From assembly GCA_043228905.1 (NCBI GenBank), contig JBHGNT010000001.1:17794001-17858000 (forward strand): a stretch of 64,000 nt of DNA, in the 5' to 3' direction. Under the pieces are notes generated by a model. That model saw only the letters and a program-made list of their open reading frames with translations, was not told the DNA's origin and made no database searches. Each line of letters starts with the position of its first letter. The first letter of the stretch is position 1. Source of the stretch: Azolla caroliniana (Eukaryota; Plantae; Polypodiophyta). Both the position numbers and the translations under genes were made by a program. Of the stretch, positions 11,491 to 23,659 are shown piece by piece.

Positions 11491-14400
11491 TGTCGTGAAA
11501 ATTTCCGGCTACGGTGTGAAACCGGGGTGGAAAGGGCAAGTCGGTGATGTGCAACATGTGCACATGTATAGTAGGAAAACGGTGTATTGAATAAAGAGGG
11601 AGTATTTGTCCCACATCGTAACACCCTCCCCTCCTTGGTCTATAAAAGGAGGGAGGGGTCCCTTGTTGAGGGGTTGCGCATTTTGTGTTAGGAGGGTATG
11701 CCGTTAGATCTAGGGTTTGGCAGTTTTCTCTTCTTCTTACTTTCTTTAGGGTTTCATTTAGTTCTTCTTCTTCGTCGTCGTGTGGGTTGAGAGTTCGTAT
11801 CTGTTTAGGGTTTCCTTCCGCTCGGTCTCCTGTGCAAGACCCCGCTCGGCGCGACGAGCCCGAGAGCTCCCTGATCGGCGGCGTGGCAGCAGACTGCTGT
11901 TGTAACTCAACCTACCTTGGACCGGCTCGAAGGCGGGGTTGTATTTTTCCCTTGTAATATATATAATCGTATTTTTTTGTGCATATTGGTGTATTTGGTG
12001 GTGTCAGGAGCATAGCCCCTTTTTCCCTGCACATAAGAGTCGGTGTCGCGTGCATGCTCTCTCTCTTTCTCTCTCTCTCATGTTCGGTTGCCTCCGGGAC
12101 GTGTCCTGAGTTGGCTTCTTGGCATCCCTTCCTCCCTCATCCGAGACCCTTGTGGTCCTGCCCCTTCTACACGCACGCATGGATTACCGCGACATCTTTG
12201 GTGAACCCGACGTGAAAGGGCTGCAAGTGAAAATGGAGTTGGAAGAAGATGACTTCACGCAACGTTTTGTCGAAGCGGTGAGGGAGTTTGGACGAGCAAC
12301 AACAAGAAGACAGACAGTGCAACAAGTTGTTGAGCAAGTGGTTGAAAGAGTCGGTCGTTTCAACGGGGACAACGTCCCATTCTACTTGGAAGGCTACAAC
12401 CCGGAAATGGACAAGCGAGACGTAGACGAGGTGTTCAGGCTAGAGTTCTTCTATCAGGTCGTCGTCGTCCGTATGAACGCGGAAGTCAAGGAGCTCCGAG
12501 AATCTCATAGTTCATGGGAGGCCTTCGAAGAGGTGCTCCTGCAAGCATATGGAGGACGGCGGAAGAGCCAAGGACGACGTGGCTTCGACCAGTGGGTGGC
12601 ATCGGCGAAGACTCACCGGGGCGCATCGAAGGCGTTACGAGAGTTCAAGCGACGGCTTGCTCGGATCCTAGAGCGGGAGCAAGGTTTGGTGGGGGAGGAC
12701 AAAGTCCTGTTGTTTGTTAGGTCGATCGACCGAGCAGAACGGGAGGCCATCGGGATTGAGCTCAAAGACGAGGACGGAGCGAATGGCCTTACGGAGGACT
12801 GGTCAAAGGTCAGAAGGGTATGTCAACGGCTAGATGACGAACGGGCCGAGAAGGCTAGGAGAAAGGTGCGCGACGGTGCGCCATCACAGAAGGAAGAGTT
12901 CGAATGGCAAACTGAGTCAGCAAGGCTCGGCTTCGGGGCCAGGATGGCTAAGGCGTACATAGCTCTCGAGGCAATGCTCGAGGACGAGGAAAGATCGAGG
13001 CCGCAAGCCGACGCCGAGGAGAGGAACTTGCCCCACGAGATGGCAGAAGATCGGTATGATGGTACCACGGGAGAGGGTGTGGAACAAAATGTCCTCGGCT
13101 TGCGGAGATAGAATGGCCAAGGACAAGGCTCAGATACGGATCGCAGAATCGAAACGTTGGGACCGGCGGTTTCGGGCATGTCAGCCTGGAACTCCGGACA
13201 CGGGAGAAGCAAGCCCAGGCAGGGCTTGCGCGATCGGGAAGAAGTTGGCCACCGACCACGAGGAACCGGCGGCTACAGACAAGGGCGTAAACAGGACGGG
13301 TCCCCACACTTGCTCCCGAGATGATGGCAGTCGGGCTCGAGTACCCACGTGAGTCCCAAGAGGAGGAAGGCGGCGGCGTGAGACCAAGAATCGCCGACGA
13401 GACAATACGAGGAAGGAACGGACAAGAGCCCTCGGAACCCATTCCGGAGAACTCGACATTCAAGCCCTTATTCCCACATGAGACCGAGGAGATGGATGAC
13501 GGTATCGAGGAGTCCTGGCATGATGCCAGCGAAGATGGATGGGAAATGGCTCGGGAGAAGGTCGACGAAAGGACCCAGAAACGACGCGACCGGGGACCTA
13601 ACCGCGTGGCACTCCAATTCGGGTGGAGCGCGATCCTGTCGTGGATTGTTCGACCAGGGCCAGAATCGGCATGGCGATGCTGATACGGGAGAGGGTGCGG
13701 AACAAGCCACCCTCTTTTACATGGGGAGAAAGAGCAACCGGGTGAAGGTCGGGAATCAGAGGGAGGTGATCAAGGGTATAGAACGTGTCCGGCAAGATCG
13801 GCATCAGAGCCAAAACTCCGGACATTGGAGAATAAGGCCGAGGCGGGGCTGAATTGATCACAGAGCGGATGCTATCCACCGGCACCAGTAAAATGGTTGG
13901 TGCCCCTGGATGAGTTCTCGGGAGTCGTTATGAAATCGGTGTCCCCACATCTTGACCGGAGACTTCGGCAGTTCGGCCGGCGTGGCAACGTGAGACCAAA
14001 AGAGAAGGGAGATGGAGGTGGGAGCACGACAAGGAGAGCGGCGACGAATTCGGGAGAAGTACGAGGGACGAAACAGAGAACGAAGACCGGTCCTATGGAT
14101 CACCTCACATCGAGCTAGAGACTGCGGCGGTCGGCATCGGATCCGACGTAAGACCAAGATACTGACGATGGCGGCAGGAGAATGGGACCCAACAATCCAG
14201 AGAATGACGGACAGACCTGAACGAGAACCGGGCGAAGCGGACTTCCAGATAACCGATCCGGAAGAGAGGAGAGAGCAGACCTACGAAGAGGCCGGGGACA
14301 AGGGTGTGTGGAGCGAGCCACCCTCTCGACTTGTGGATAAAGGCGACCCGGGATAAGGGTCCGAGATACGACGAGCCCAAGGAGGATCCTTCAAACCGGT

Positions 14401-16278
14401 ACTAAGACTCTGGCGGTCGGCCAGAGAGCCGATGTGAGACCTAGAGTGACGAATGGTGGCGGCGAGGGGTCGAAGGCAAAGGACTGAGGATGGGCAGTTT
14501 GCGAAGATCCTCACATCGATCCGGCGGTCGGCCCAAGGGCCGGCGTGAGTCCTATAGGAGAGATCGGTGGCGGCAGGTGAACGTGACCAGTAGAAGAGGC
14601 CGACATGGAGGTCGAAACTACAACAAGAGAAAAACGGCAAATGGTGTTGCTATGACCTTACACACATCAGTTCTAGACACTTCGGCGGTCAGCCCAACAA
14701 CCAACGTGAGACCTAGAGTAAGGAACGGTGGCGGCGGCAAGGCGGGCAACCGAGATAGCAGAAGGGGAGGTCCCATGGAGATCCTCACACCGATCCAGCA
14801 ATCGCCAAGTGCCGGCGTGAGTCCTATAGGAAAGGATGGTGGCGGCATGAAAACGTGATCGGACGACGGGGGCAGAGTGGCAAGGAGGTATCGGACCGGC
14901 GAGGCAACCATAAACCAAAACCGGACCTTCCGGCAAGGTCGAAAGAAGATGGAAAGAAAGACGGTCCTATGAGATCCTCACACCGATCCGGAGACACCGA
15001 CAGTTCGAGCCGAGATGGCCACGTGAGCCCGAGTGTGAAGGATAGTGGCGGCAAGAAACGGGAACCAGCGATGCAGGAAGAGCGGACCGGCAATTGACAA
15101 AGCCGGAGTTGACGAGGGCCGAACCCTTACTGGCCGGTTACGATTTCGGAAGGAAGCTGGTGAAGAGTTAGCTGAGTGGAACAAGAGACGTGCCGAGTGG
15201 TCATCAAGGGCCGAAGCAAACACGAGTACGGGCGGCATTCGGCACAAGCGGTGTCGAACAAGAAAGGCAGGAAACACCACACGACACACGGGAAGAACCA
15301 ACGGAGGGACATGCACGGCACGCAAGGCGCGGAATCCAACGTACAACTGTAGTGAATAGGGGTGTTCGAGAGACCGATCGGGGGAGGAAGGCGCGAACGT
15401 CGGATGCGATGGATTGGGTGGAGCTGATGGATCAGGGCCGGTAACGAGCCGGTGAGACGGTTAGGTACCGGTAGGGCGGAGGACCTGGTTAATCACCGTC
15501 GCCGAAATCTCTCACCCTTTTTCCGTCTTGGCACATACCGGTGGATGTGCGGTTTGGTGGGGGTGGATGTCGTGAAGATTTCCGGCTACGGTGTGAAACC
15601 GAGGTGGAAAGAGCAAGTTGGTGGTGTGCAATATGTGCACATGTATAGTAGGAAAATGGTGTATAGAATAAAGGGGGAGTATTTGTCCCACATTGTAACA
15701 CCCTCCCCTCCTTGGTCTATAAAAGGAGGGAGGGGTCCCTTGTTGAGGGGTTACCCATTTTGTGTTAGGAGGGTATACCGTTAGATCTACTTCTTCTTAC
15801 TTTCGTTAGGGTTTCATTTAGTTCTTCTTCGTCGTCGCCGTGTGGGTTGAGAGTTCGTGTCTGTTTAGGGTTTTCTTCCGCTCAGTCTCCTGTGCAAGAC
15901 CCCACTCGGTGCGACGAGCCCGAGAGCTCCCCGATCGGCGGCGTGGCAGCAAACTGCTGTTGTAACTCAACCTACCTTGGACCAGCTCGAAGCGGGGGTT
16001 GTATTTTTCCCTTCTAATATATATACTCGTATCTGTTTGTGCATATTGGTGTATTTGGTGGTGTCGGAAGCATAGCCCCTTGTTCCCTGCGCATAAGAGT
16101 CGGGGTCGCGTGCATGCTCACTGTCTTTCTCTCTCTCTTTTCTCTCTCTCTCTCTCTCTCTTGTGTTCAGTTGCCTCCGGGACGTGTCCAGAGTCGGTTT
16201 CTTGGCATCCCTTCCTCCCTCATCCGAGACCCCCCGTGGTCCCGCCCCTTCTACATGCACACGCGGATTACTGCGACA
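11491..16278 (+). mobile_element. Non-autonomous Gypsy-type LTR element 'C' (gag only, no pol)
   Basis: LTRs 11491-12194 and 15568-16278 (TGTCG...CGACA). TSD ACGT/ACGC. PBS TGGTGAACCCGACGTGA at 12199-12215, PPT GGTTTGGTGGGGGTGGA before the 3' LTR. No PR/RT/INT motifs found in the interior. Confidence 0.92.
12232..13111 (+). CDS. Gag-like protein of element C
   Basis: VERVGRFNGDNVPFYL and DEDGANGLTEDWSKV align by eye with RIGQFNGKDISRYL and DMTTENGLTETWESV in the gag of element G (54978). Start set at the first ATG downstream of the PBS. Confidence 0.75.
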
Positions 16279-16874
16279 ACGCAAAGAAGAAAAAGAAGAG
16301 AGGGAGACGAGAAAAACTGACGAAGAAGAAATAAGAAGAAGAAGAAGAAGATACCGATAGAGACAGAAAAGGACAAAAAGAAGAAGAAGAGGGGTAGAGA
16401 AGAAAATTTGAGGAAATAGAAGGGCATTCCACAAAATTTCAAAAACGTAAGGGCAAAGAGGAAAATTTCAGTAATTCGAGTGCATAGCATCGAATTTCAG
16501 AAGCTCGAGTGTAGAAGAGAAAATTTCGAAAACACAAGGGCCGAAAATAAAATTTCAAAAAATTTGAGGATAAAAATTTTAGAGACCAAGGGTACATAAT
16601 ACAAAGCTCAATTCACATGACGAAACCGAAAAATACATATACATGTAACAAAATCATGAAAGGCCCATGCCGCAATGGAGGAGCCAATTGGTGTGTGATC
16701 CAATTGAGCGACATCCTGATTGAACAAGAACGTTCGAGTCAAGCAATGCTCCGATTGAAGTTATCGATTGTAGAGCTATGATCCAGTCGATGGATTTCCG
16801 ACGGTTGAGAGAACTGATGGAGTTCCGGTCGTTAATAGTTGCCATGGCGAGTGGGTTCACCATGTGATGCTTTG

Positions 16875-16890
16875 TCCCACAGGCGTGCCA
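16875..16890 (-). other. tRNA-Arg-type PBS of an older Tat-like Gypsy host element whose 5' leader (1-252, 11257-11490, 16279-16890) hosts A and C
   Basis: The rc reads ...GGGTAACACA|TGGCACGCCTGTGGGA, an LTR end followed by an Arg-type PBS. A related copy lies at 18091-18106. Confidence 0.55.
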
Positions 16891-16956
16891 TGTGTTACCC
16901 GTAGGAGTTGTATGGTGGTATAAGGGTAAAACATGTTAAAGGGGTTGTTCAGTATG

Positions 16957-17428
16957 TGTAATGTATATGAGTGTGAGGATGAGTATGTGTGCATAAGCAC
17001 AATTATGTGCATGTGACAAGAATCTAACGGTCTCTTTTTGTAACGGACATATTATTTACCGTTACATTATGTATTATATAAACCCCTTATGGGGCATGTA
17101 ATGAAGATAGTTTTTTCCCCTCTCATTTGGTGTCATTTTCTATTTTTCTTTCTCTCTTGCTCTCTCTCTAACGTAGCCCCCTTGGGAGGGGGGTGAAGCC
17201 ATTCTAGGCTTCACCCCCCACCCCAACAACAATGGACTTGTATAAAAGTGTTCTCTGAGCACATTCTATGTACAGAGGATTATTATTTTTGAATTGTGTT
17301 TATGTTTTGTTCTCTCTGTCTCTCCCATGTATTCTCTGTGTAAGGTCTCCATTAAACCTTCGTCTCTACGTTCTATTGGTATTCGGGTGAGCCGGTTTGT
17401 CATACGCTTCGGCATATTAACTTTTACA
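16957..17428 (+). mobile_element. Probable orphan LTR
   Basis: TGTAA...TTACA ends and a TATATAAA box. Its 3' half resembles 35800-35981 (GAGCACATT...TGTACAGAG...CCATTAAAC...GAGCCG...CTTTTACA). No TSD found. Confidence 0.4.
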
Positions 17429-18699
17429 AAGCCCTTATGGTAAATCGGAAAAAACAGATAGAGAATATTGTGGAGGAAAGCTTAAGTGTATAAGGTGGAT
17501 CAGGAGAACAGATAGAAGACAACAAGGATTTCTATAAGATGGATGAGAAGAATGTCGCAACATTGTGGGAAGACTTGACGAGTGACTTCTATGTGTTGGC
17601 TCAGGCACATTCGGATGAAATGCGGAAGATGCTGGAAGAGTTCAATGATCATCAACTGCAATTCTCCATTGAGTTGGAGGCTTATAAGAAAGACCGGAAG
17701 AAGCCTAAAGAAAATGAAGAGGAGCAAGTATTTATTGAAGAGGAGGATGACCTGATAGTCATAGAAAGGGATGAACAACCATCCTAGATGACCGAGTTTG
17801 AACCTTTGAACTAGAGGAAGAACAATGAGGAAGTAGTGGAGCTAGAGGTAGCACCTTCGCCACAAAGAGAGCTGGAAGAGGATTTCACAGAAGTAGTACA
17901 ACAAGTGGTGCAGTTCATTAGTACAATAGCAGAGGACAGCCATAGGAGGGAGTCGAAGCTGAAGACATAGAGAAGCAACCCACTCAAGCTAGGTAACTAG
18001 CATAGGCAGGAGCGAACAATGGTGACAAGTATCATGAAAATTTTGGAGGAGGACTAGGCTAATTTTGTGGGTTCACCATGGAAGGCATTATCCCATGGGC
18101 ATGCCATGTGTTACCCTTAGGGAGCTTCCGAATGGACATGACCAAGGAGTGAAGTGTGAAAGATCCAAGGCTGATTCGGATGAAGCCGAATCGGACAAGA
18201 CCAAGGATAGTCTAAAGCTACTGCAGACGAAGCCCAATTGAACAGGGCAAAAGGTAGTGTGACGTCGAAGTGGAGATACATATATATAAAACATAGGTAT
18301 CATAAACCTTTGAACACGGTCGCGTTCACAAGTGGAAGGATTGTGCATTCCACTTGTAGAATCTTCTTGAAACTATCCAAATATACCCTCTCTACAAAAA
18401 TTGGATGCACTAGTATCACATGTTCTACAAATTGATTAGAATTTGCAAATATAAAAATACATGATAGGTCTACGAGTGAAGATCATTAGAAAACATGCAA
18501 GTTTGGAAGTGTCGATAAGTTAATGTAGGCATAATAAAGTTCAACAATGGCTCAATATGTCACTAATGTGGGACATGGGAAACACTAAGTTAAAGACTTA
18601 TATTAATTTGGTAAGTTTTACAAAAATATGAGGTGTACTTGTAACGATACTAATAAAATGAGTTTTAATTTATACTTTGACCCATACTTGCATGTATAT

Positions 18700-18967
18700 A
18701 ATTGTGCACAATGTAGGATAGTGCACTTTAGGATAATGTGATTGGAATAACTAACTTATTAAAGTATTTAATACTTGTATTTAAAGTTGATCTAATCTAT
18801 TCCTCAGTTTGTTCTTATGGGATCAAACCATATGTATATAATTCTGGACAATGGAAGACAGTGAACTTTAGGATAATGTGGTGGAAATAACAAACCTATT
18901 AAGGCTTTCATACTTGTATTTAAAATTGATCTAATCTATTCCTTAGGTGATTCACACGGGATCAAAC
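18700..18967 (+). repeat. Diverged about 140-bp tandem duplication in the transposon's left subterminal region
   Basis: ACTTTAGGATAATGTG...ATACTTGTATTTAAA.TTGATCTAATCTATTCCT...GGGATCAAAC occurs twice. Confidence 0.75.
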
Positions 18968-19394
18968 TCCAAACGATAACGCTAGTGGAACTACAAGCAT
19001 ATAAAAACATGCGGATAACGCTAGTGGAACCATTATCAACACACTACACAATCTAAGCCGCAATGGAAGTGAAACATAATAGTTTTAACAATAGAAGACA
19101 AAGATCCATAATAACAACATGGACATTCATGGAAACAATTCTACGACCATGTTATGTTAAGGTAAACTTTGACCAAAATCAGCCTCAATTTAAACTAATT
19201 CATGTTTCTCCATAAATTTGGTAGTCAGCAATGCACACGGTGAAACCAATGTCATAAGTCTACTAACCAAGTATATAAAAATAAATTTGAAACATATAGA
19301 ACATTATAAATAATAGAATCCACAAGTAAAACCCAAAATTTGTATTAATAATGTGAATTCCAAACAATACATTTCACATTTTTAAAAGAGTCTA

Positions 19395-22300
19395 TTACAT
19401 AGCAAGCAAATCGTCAATGTCATTTTCTTCATCATCCTGTATAGAAGTCTCTTCGGCTATACGTGCATTGGCTTCCCCTATTAGCCGAGCCAACGAAATA
19501 TCTTCTATAAGCTCATCATCAAGCTCTATTAGCTCCCCCGGTTCCCCGGCTAACAGAGGAATACGCTCTCACGAAGCAGGTTGAAACCTTTTAGTATCAA
19601 CGAGGTTCTTTGCACCGACCTCCTCGTCCTGGTTTGGGCACTCCGACAAAGCCTTAATCCTCATGTTTATAAATATAACTTGCTCCCCGTCCATCTCCAA
19701 TGCAACTGTGTTTCTGTAGAGCTTCAATGCACATGCAGACGTTGTCCTTGTGAAGAAAGTAACAAGAAGAATTAGTTCTCAAACAAAAAAGATTCAATAT
19801 TGGTTATCTCAAGATCATTAACCTAGTTTGAGGAATACATGTGCCACAAAAGAGGTCTAATATTTAGTCTCCTTCTACAACAAACATCTTGATCAAGCGC
19901 ATCATAAATCGTTGAGGTTTTTGGTATGGGTTGACAAGTCCCCGTTCTGTCGTGGTGACATGTCGCAATTTCCGTGTCACTATTGGATATACCAGCATAT
20001 TTGAACCTCCCACTTCATTAGAATCCTCCTTGATTCTTTGTTTCTTAATTTCATCGAAGTAGCCAACAATAATGTATTCAATGGCATTAACGAACCGAAA
20101 GGTTGACCCTCTATTTACATTGGTTTTTATCCTATAACAAATATTACATCGAGTTAAGAATGGATTAAACAATCTTAAGAAAGGAAATATAGTGAACGAG
20201 ACATATAAATAATCCTTACCATGCAAGGTTCTCGATGCCATGGCAACGAGATCTCAAAGCTTGAGCTATCGAGTACCCTTGGTCCATACTATGAAAGACA
20301 ACTATTCTCCACAAGGATGCAGTCATTAGCTCAGCAAAATCCTTGACCATTTTCTCCAACTGTTTAAACCTAAACGGTTCATCGTCGTATGATGACCTTG
20401 CCATTCGAAATCCATATGGAATATCCGCAATCATTAGCGTATATTCCTTCTTTGGCACTTTTTGGATCATGTCAACGATATCGCCACAAACCACGTTGTA
20501 GAAAAGATCTCTCATAATATCCTTTTCGTGGCTAAATTTTTTGAAGGAGCCATCTTCCTCCATTTCGTATACCTTGACTAAGCGATGATCATTTTCTTTT
20601 CTAGCTCTCTCGAGATGTGCAAGGAAGGATGTCAGGGAATCGTGTATATCCTTAACTTCTCCTTGTTTCTTACCATGACACGGTTTCTAATAGAAGCAAT
20701 AAGACATCAAGTATTATTATACAAGCTCTACATATGAGGAAAGCTTAATGAAAAACCACCAATACTAACCCAATCCTTGAATGCAATAAAATACTCAGAT
20801 AACGCCTTATATGAAGATGTTAGAGGATAATCCTCGGTCACTTGTTCCCAAGTTATACATCCAAGTTGTTTCATCATAACTTCTTGGATCTTCATGTACA
20901 CCTTATGACTGTGCAATTAGAAAACGAGATTAGAACTTTCAATTGCACCATATTGAATTCAATATCACTATTTGAAAGACTTACTTATTGAACTCAGTGA
21001 CCATTTCTGCAAGGCTTAAATCTTTCCTTACAACCCTTGACAAAACAGACACGAGAAGTTGCTCGTCCTTAATACCTTGCATCGCTCTCCATAGAGACAA
21101 CTTCATGTCGTCAACTGCTTCTTCAATTGTCAAATCAATTTTCTTGGTCGCTTGTGACTTTAATTCTAGTTGAGGGTCTACCTTACATTTCTTTTGTCGT
21201 TGACCCTTGACCTCCGTATTCTCCCACATTGAGAAGATTTGATCTTGTAGGTCCCATACTTCTCCATCTCTATAGGCAAGTTGAAACCAAGACTCATATT
21301 TCCAAAGACCATCGGACTTAACATTATCATCTACCACAATGCTGACTTCATGCAAGCATTGACTTCGTAGGCCTGGATGTAGCTTCACACCAAACTTTTG
21401 TTTGACGTCCAAATACTCGTGGTGGAAGAACCTTATGCACTCAATCGATGACATTTTCTGCCTATAGTCATTATCGTTATTGTGGTCCCATGCCAATAGC
21501 TTTGCCTCTTCAGTTGTGAGACCCATGTAAATTTTGCACTCGGCACACTTGAAGAAGAAAGTCGTTGGATGTTCTCTCACAAGTTGTCGACGTGCCTCCA
21601 CCGAATGCGATCCACCAATTACAAAGTAATTGTATTGATCATGCTTTCTTATATCGAAATCATCAATGGTTTCAGATTCTTCGGGATCCACCATAACAAT
21701 AAAAGGCACAACGGTAGCATGTGGATTAATTTTCATTTTCTTCTTGAGATTTTGAACATGCATTCGGTGTGGCTCTCTAATCTCAAGAGTTCTTCATCCT
21801 GTTTTTTCATCTATAGGGGGCCAATGGATGTGTGTTATGGGCAAATTAAACACTTGCCCTTTCCTGACCATTTTACTTTGCATTAACTCTCTCTGTATCT
21901 TATTCTGCTCGGATGACAACACACCCGATGCCAGCTCAGCTCCTGGCGTCCCCTTAGTGTCCTCATCTTTGTTTGAGCTTGATGAGTCGGAGTCCGACAT
22001 TTTAGTGGTATTCTTTTTAGGTGGTCTTGATTGTATTTTAGATGCCCTTTTTGGGGCCTTCACTAGGGAGGGCAAAGGCTCCCTTAGAGTTACATGGCCT
22101 TGTATGTAAGGCCTCAAGTTGACAATAAGGTTTTGTGAGCTTTCTAGATGTTTTTTAAAAGCTTCTGGCCCACAAGATTCCTTTACTAGTAGATCTTCAG
22201 AAAGGAACACTTTACATACCCCCTTAGAGCACTCTACCATTACAAGAATGTTGGCCGAATCTGAATCTTCGTAGTCAAATCTTAGAATACAGCCATACAT

Positions 22301-23555
22301 AAATGCGGTTTCATTTTCAAGTTGCCCCTCGCCCTTCTTCTTTGTTGTATATACAACACGACTTTTTTCTTGGATTTGACGTATTGCATAAACCATTCCT
22401 TGTCCGTTAGATCATGGTCAAGAAGGTCTTCACCACCAGTAACTGCTAATATTTTCTTTTGGCTGACCTCATTGGGTGGTTGAGATTTTGTCTCCTCGTT
22501 GAAGAGAAGCTTTTTTCCTCTCTTCATGTTCTCAAGAGCTATTAGGTTCTAACTTTCAATTGGAGAGCCCTGTATCTGGAGCTTTATCTTCTTCACAGGT
22601 TGTTCTAACAAGTTCTCAAACAACCTATTTAAGAAAGGACATGCGAAAACATAAGTTAGGTGGTCAACTAGATTAAGGTTTTATTTTGTAGAGAATTTGC
22701 ATATAATAGACTTGAATTTGGTATCATAAAGGTAATTTGTGGGTTATTTTTTACTATTTTAAGCTACAATAGGTCATAAAACCTCTATAAATAAGGGCCC
22801 TATTTGTTACAAAATATGGCAAATGGCACTAAAAATGTCTGAATTTGACAGAAAGTTTGATATCTTTTCACATATATACTATATTGTTGCCCCAAAGACA
22901 CAATATTCCTCTTTAAATTTTGTGTTTTATACATGAACTCGATATGGCGTATCGAGTTCATGTATAAAACACATGTACTTTACACAGGAACTCGATACGG
23001 CGTATCGAGTTCCTGTGCAAAACATAAACTTTAAACCGGAACTCGATACGGCGTATCGAGTTCCTTTATAAAACACATACTTTACATAGGAACTCGATAC
23101 GGCGTATCGAGTTCCTGTGCAAAACATAAACTTTAAACCGGAACTCGATACGGCATATCGAGTTCCTTTATAAAACACATACTTTACAGAGGAACTCGAT
23201 ATGCCATATCGAGTTCCTGTAAAAAACACGAACATAATATAGGAACTCAATACAGTGTATCGAGTTCCTCTTTAAAACGCAAACTTTATACAGGAACTCG
23301 ATACGCCGTATCGAGTTCCTGTATAAAACACGAACATAATACAGGAACTCGATACGTCATATCGAGTTCCTGTTTAAAACAAAAACTTTAAACAAAAACT
23401 TGATACGTCGTATCAAGTTTCTGTTTAAAGTTTGTGTTTTACACTGGACCTCGATACGGTGTATCGAGTTCCTGAGTGCTAAAACATTTTTACAAAAATG
23501 TCCACAGTGTAAGAGGCTTACCTGGAGTCCTGGCGCTCTATTTCTTTGAAGACAT
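19395..23555 (-). pseudogene. Spliced gene: ParB/Srx-like domain + beta-class N6-adenine/N4-cytosine DNA methyltransferase (N6_N4_Mtase-like), acidic tail
   Basis: Reconstructed exons about 23555-23522, 22624-20985, 20908-20770, 20686-20220, 20131-19839, 19747-19395. Three consecutive GT-AG introns are phase-consistent. Motifs: PFIVMV...YFVIGGSHSVEA (ParB-like); VVCGDIVDMI...LMIADIPYG; LAWIKTN...EYIIVGYF; NPYQKPQRFMMRLI...EGD*ILDLFCGT/GTTSACALKLYRNTVALEMD. Nonsense codons, one frameshift and a mutated last acceptor; exon 1 is least certain. Confidence 0.85.
22934..23473. repeat. Array of 11 palindromes GGAACTCGATACG-N-CGTATCGAGTTCC at 51-bp period, in intron 1 of the MTase gene
   Basis: Copies at about 22934, 22987, 23038, 23089, 23140, 23191, 23242, 23293, 23344, 23395 and 23446, with related A-rich linkers. 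Confidence 0.93.
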
Positions 23556-23659
23556 GGTTGATCTTGTCGATGTTTAGGCGGAGATCTCGCTTTGGTGCTT
23601 CGTGCTCTGTGTTCTTTGTTCTGCGCGTGTGCTTCGTGTGATTGAAATATGAGGAGGTC

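Noticed and set aside
13056-15450. Many 60-170-aa ORFs on both strands in element C
   Set aside because: GC-rich, stop-poor sequence with no recognisable domain.
17539-17787. Acidic 82-aa ORF as a host gene
   Set aside because: Stop-riddled context between retroelement fragments, with no domain or splice support.
22934-23473. CRISPR-like array of palindromic repeats
   Set aside because: The linkers are related to each other and some recur exactly, there are no cas genes, and the array sits in a eukaryotic intron.
19395-23555. Bacterial contamination or prophage as the source of the methyltransferase
   Set aside because: The gene has phase-consistent GT-AG introns and a TATA box, and lies inside TIRs contiguous with plant-type retroelements.
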